Assembly (NCBI GenBank): GCA_963718665.1
Contig: OY970359.1
Location: forward strand, 1,376,001-1,440,000
DNA from: an uncultured Phycisphaerales bacterium
Lineage (GTDB): Bacteria; Planctomycetota; Phycisphaerae; Sedimentisphaerales; Anaerobacaceae
Length of the DNA: 64,000 bases
Reading direction: 5' to 3'
Shown here: positions 63,233 through 64,000 of the stretch, one piece after another
Layout of the letters: every line of letters starts with the position of its first letter
Numbering within the stretch: position 1 is the first letter of the stretch
Position numbers and translations under genes: made by a program
The notes under the pieces: generated by a model
Database searches by the model: none
The model's input: the letters and a program-made list of their open reading frames with translations, nothing else
What the model was told of the DNA's origin: nothing

Positions 63233-64000
63233 TTACTGCTGTTTGTCCAGTTCTGTTCCCGCCAGCATCTCAAGCTCAGCCAGTTTCTGCCGATTGTCCG
63301 CCAGGGCTCGCTGATATGACAGACGGTAATCCATAAGTACCCGTTGCGCGTCAAGCAGAGCGTTAAAATCGCCGTTTCCTTCCCTGTACGCCGCTTCCGA
63401 TGACCGTAGCTGCTCTTCGGCTTTTGGTATCAGTGTTTCACGATAAAGCCCGATTTTTTTGATGCTGTCGTTGTATTCGTAATATGCCTGTGCCGACTTG
63501 GCCAGGATATTATTTTCCGCCTCCACCCTTTGCTGTTCGATGCTTGTTGCCTCGGATACCGCTTGTCGCTGTTCGCTCCTGTAGCTGTCCTGCCACAATG
63601 GCACGTTAAGCGAGAGCATCAGCATTGTGTCCCTGCTGCTGTCCTGCGTGTTCCCGCCGGGTCTTTTTGTTTGCTCGAATTGCAGCCCGATTCCGATATC
63701 GGGATAAAAATTTTTCTCCACGCTTTTGACTTTGCTCTTGGCCGCCATTTCCTCGAAGCCAAGGCCCACAAGTTCCGGGTTTTTCTGCCTCAGCAGGTTT
63801 ACCAGCAGCTCATAATCAATCGCCGCCAGCTCGAAATCCCCCTGCTCAGGTGCCGGCAGGTTCGTATCTGCCGGCAGATTCAGTGACGCTTTCAGTCGGC
63901 TTATTGTCGGCTCACGCAACTGCTCAAGCCCTTTGAGCATGTTTTCCATTTTCGCCGTCTCAACCTGTGCCCGAATCAAATCCGGACGACCTGTGTCCGC
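63233..64000 (-). CDS. TolC-family outer membrane factor (paralog 1), 5' end beyond the window edge
   Basis: Frame open to the window edge; closely similar to 61468..62727 (EKNFYPDIG, ADN.QKLAELEMLAGTELD). Confidence 0.9.
   Translation of the reverse strand, partial: ADTGRPDLIRAQVETAKMENMLKGLEQLREPTISRLKASLNLPADTNLPAPEQGDFELAAIDYELLVNLLRQKNPELVGLGFEEMAAKSKVKSVEKNFYPDIGIGLQFEQTKRPGGNTQDSSRDTMLMLSLNVPLWQDSYRSEQRQAVSEATSIEQQRVEAENNILAKSAQAYYEYNDSIKKIGLYRETLIPKAEEQLRSSEAAYREGNGDFNALLDAQRVLMDYRLSYQRALADNRQKLAELEMLAGTELDKQQ

Overview
Core-chromosome segment of a bacterium whose gene content (short GlmU, prs, dnaN-dciA-gyrB with no adjacent dnaA, split coaC/coaB, dockerin-like secreted protein, TMTC-like TPR membrane protein) most resembles Planctomycetota, probably Phycisphaerae. 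The taxonomy is inferred, not searched. The window holds about 55 CDS, one tRNA-Gln(TTG), a TPP riboswitch with a thiS-thiG-dapF-thiH operon, a cdaA-cdaR c-di-AMP module, a CsoR-linked Cus-type metal efflux cluster and a candidate oriC upstream of dnaN. I saw no CRISPR array, IS transposase or prophage. Main observations: (1) a 69-bp palindromic element occurs twice in frame inside rlmN, read in two different frames, with a related intergenic copy; (2) exported proteins are enriched in a D/E-x-N motif (EPN, DSN, DAN), a possible undescribed modification sequon; (3) five apparent frameshifts all lie at or beside GCGC, suggesting methylation-linked sequencing errors rather than pseudogenes; (4) a WYL regulator occupies the usual dnaA position next to the putative origin; (5) two small regulator cassettes have visible operators and duplicated leaders or triplicated genes.
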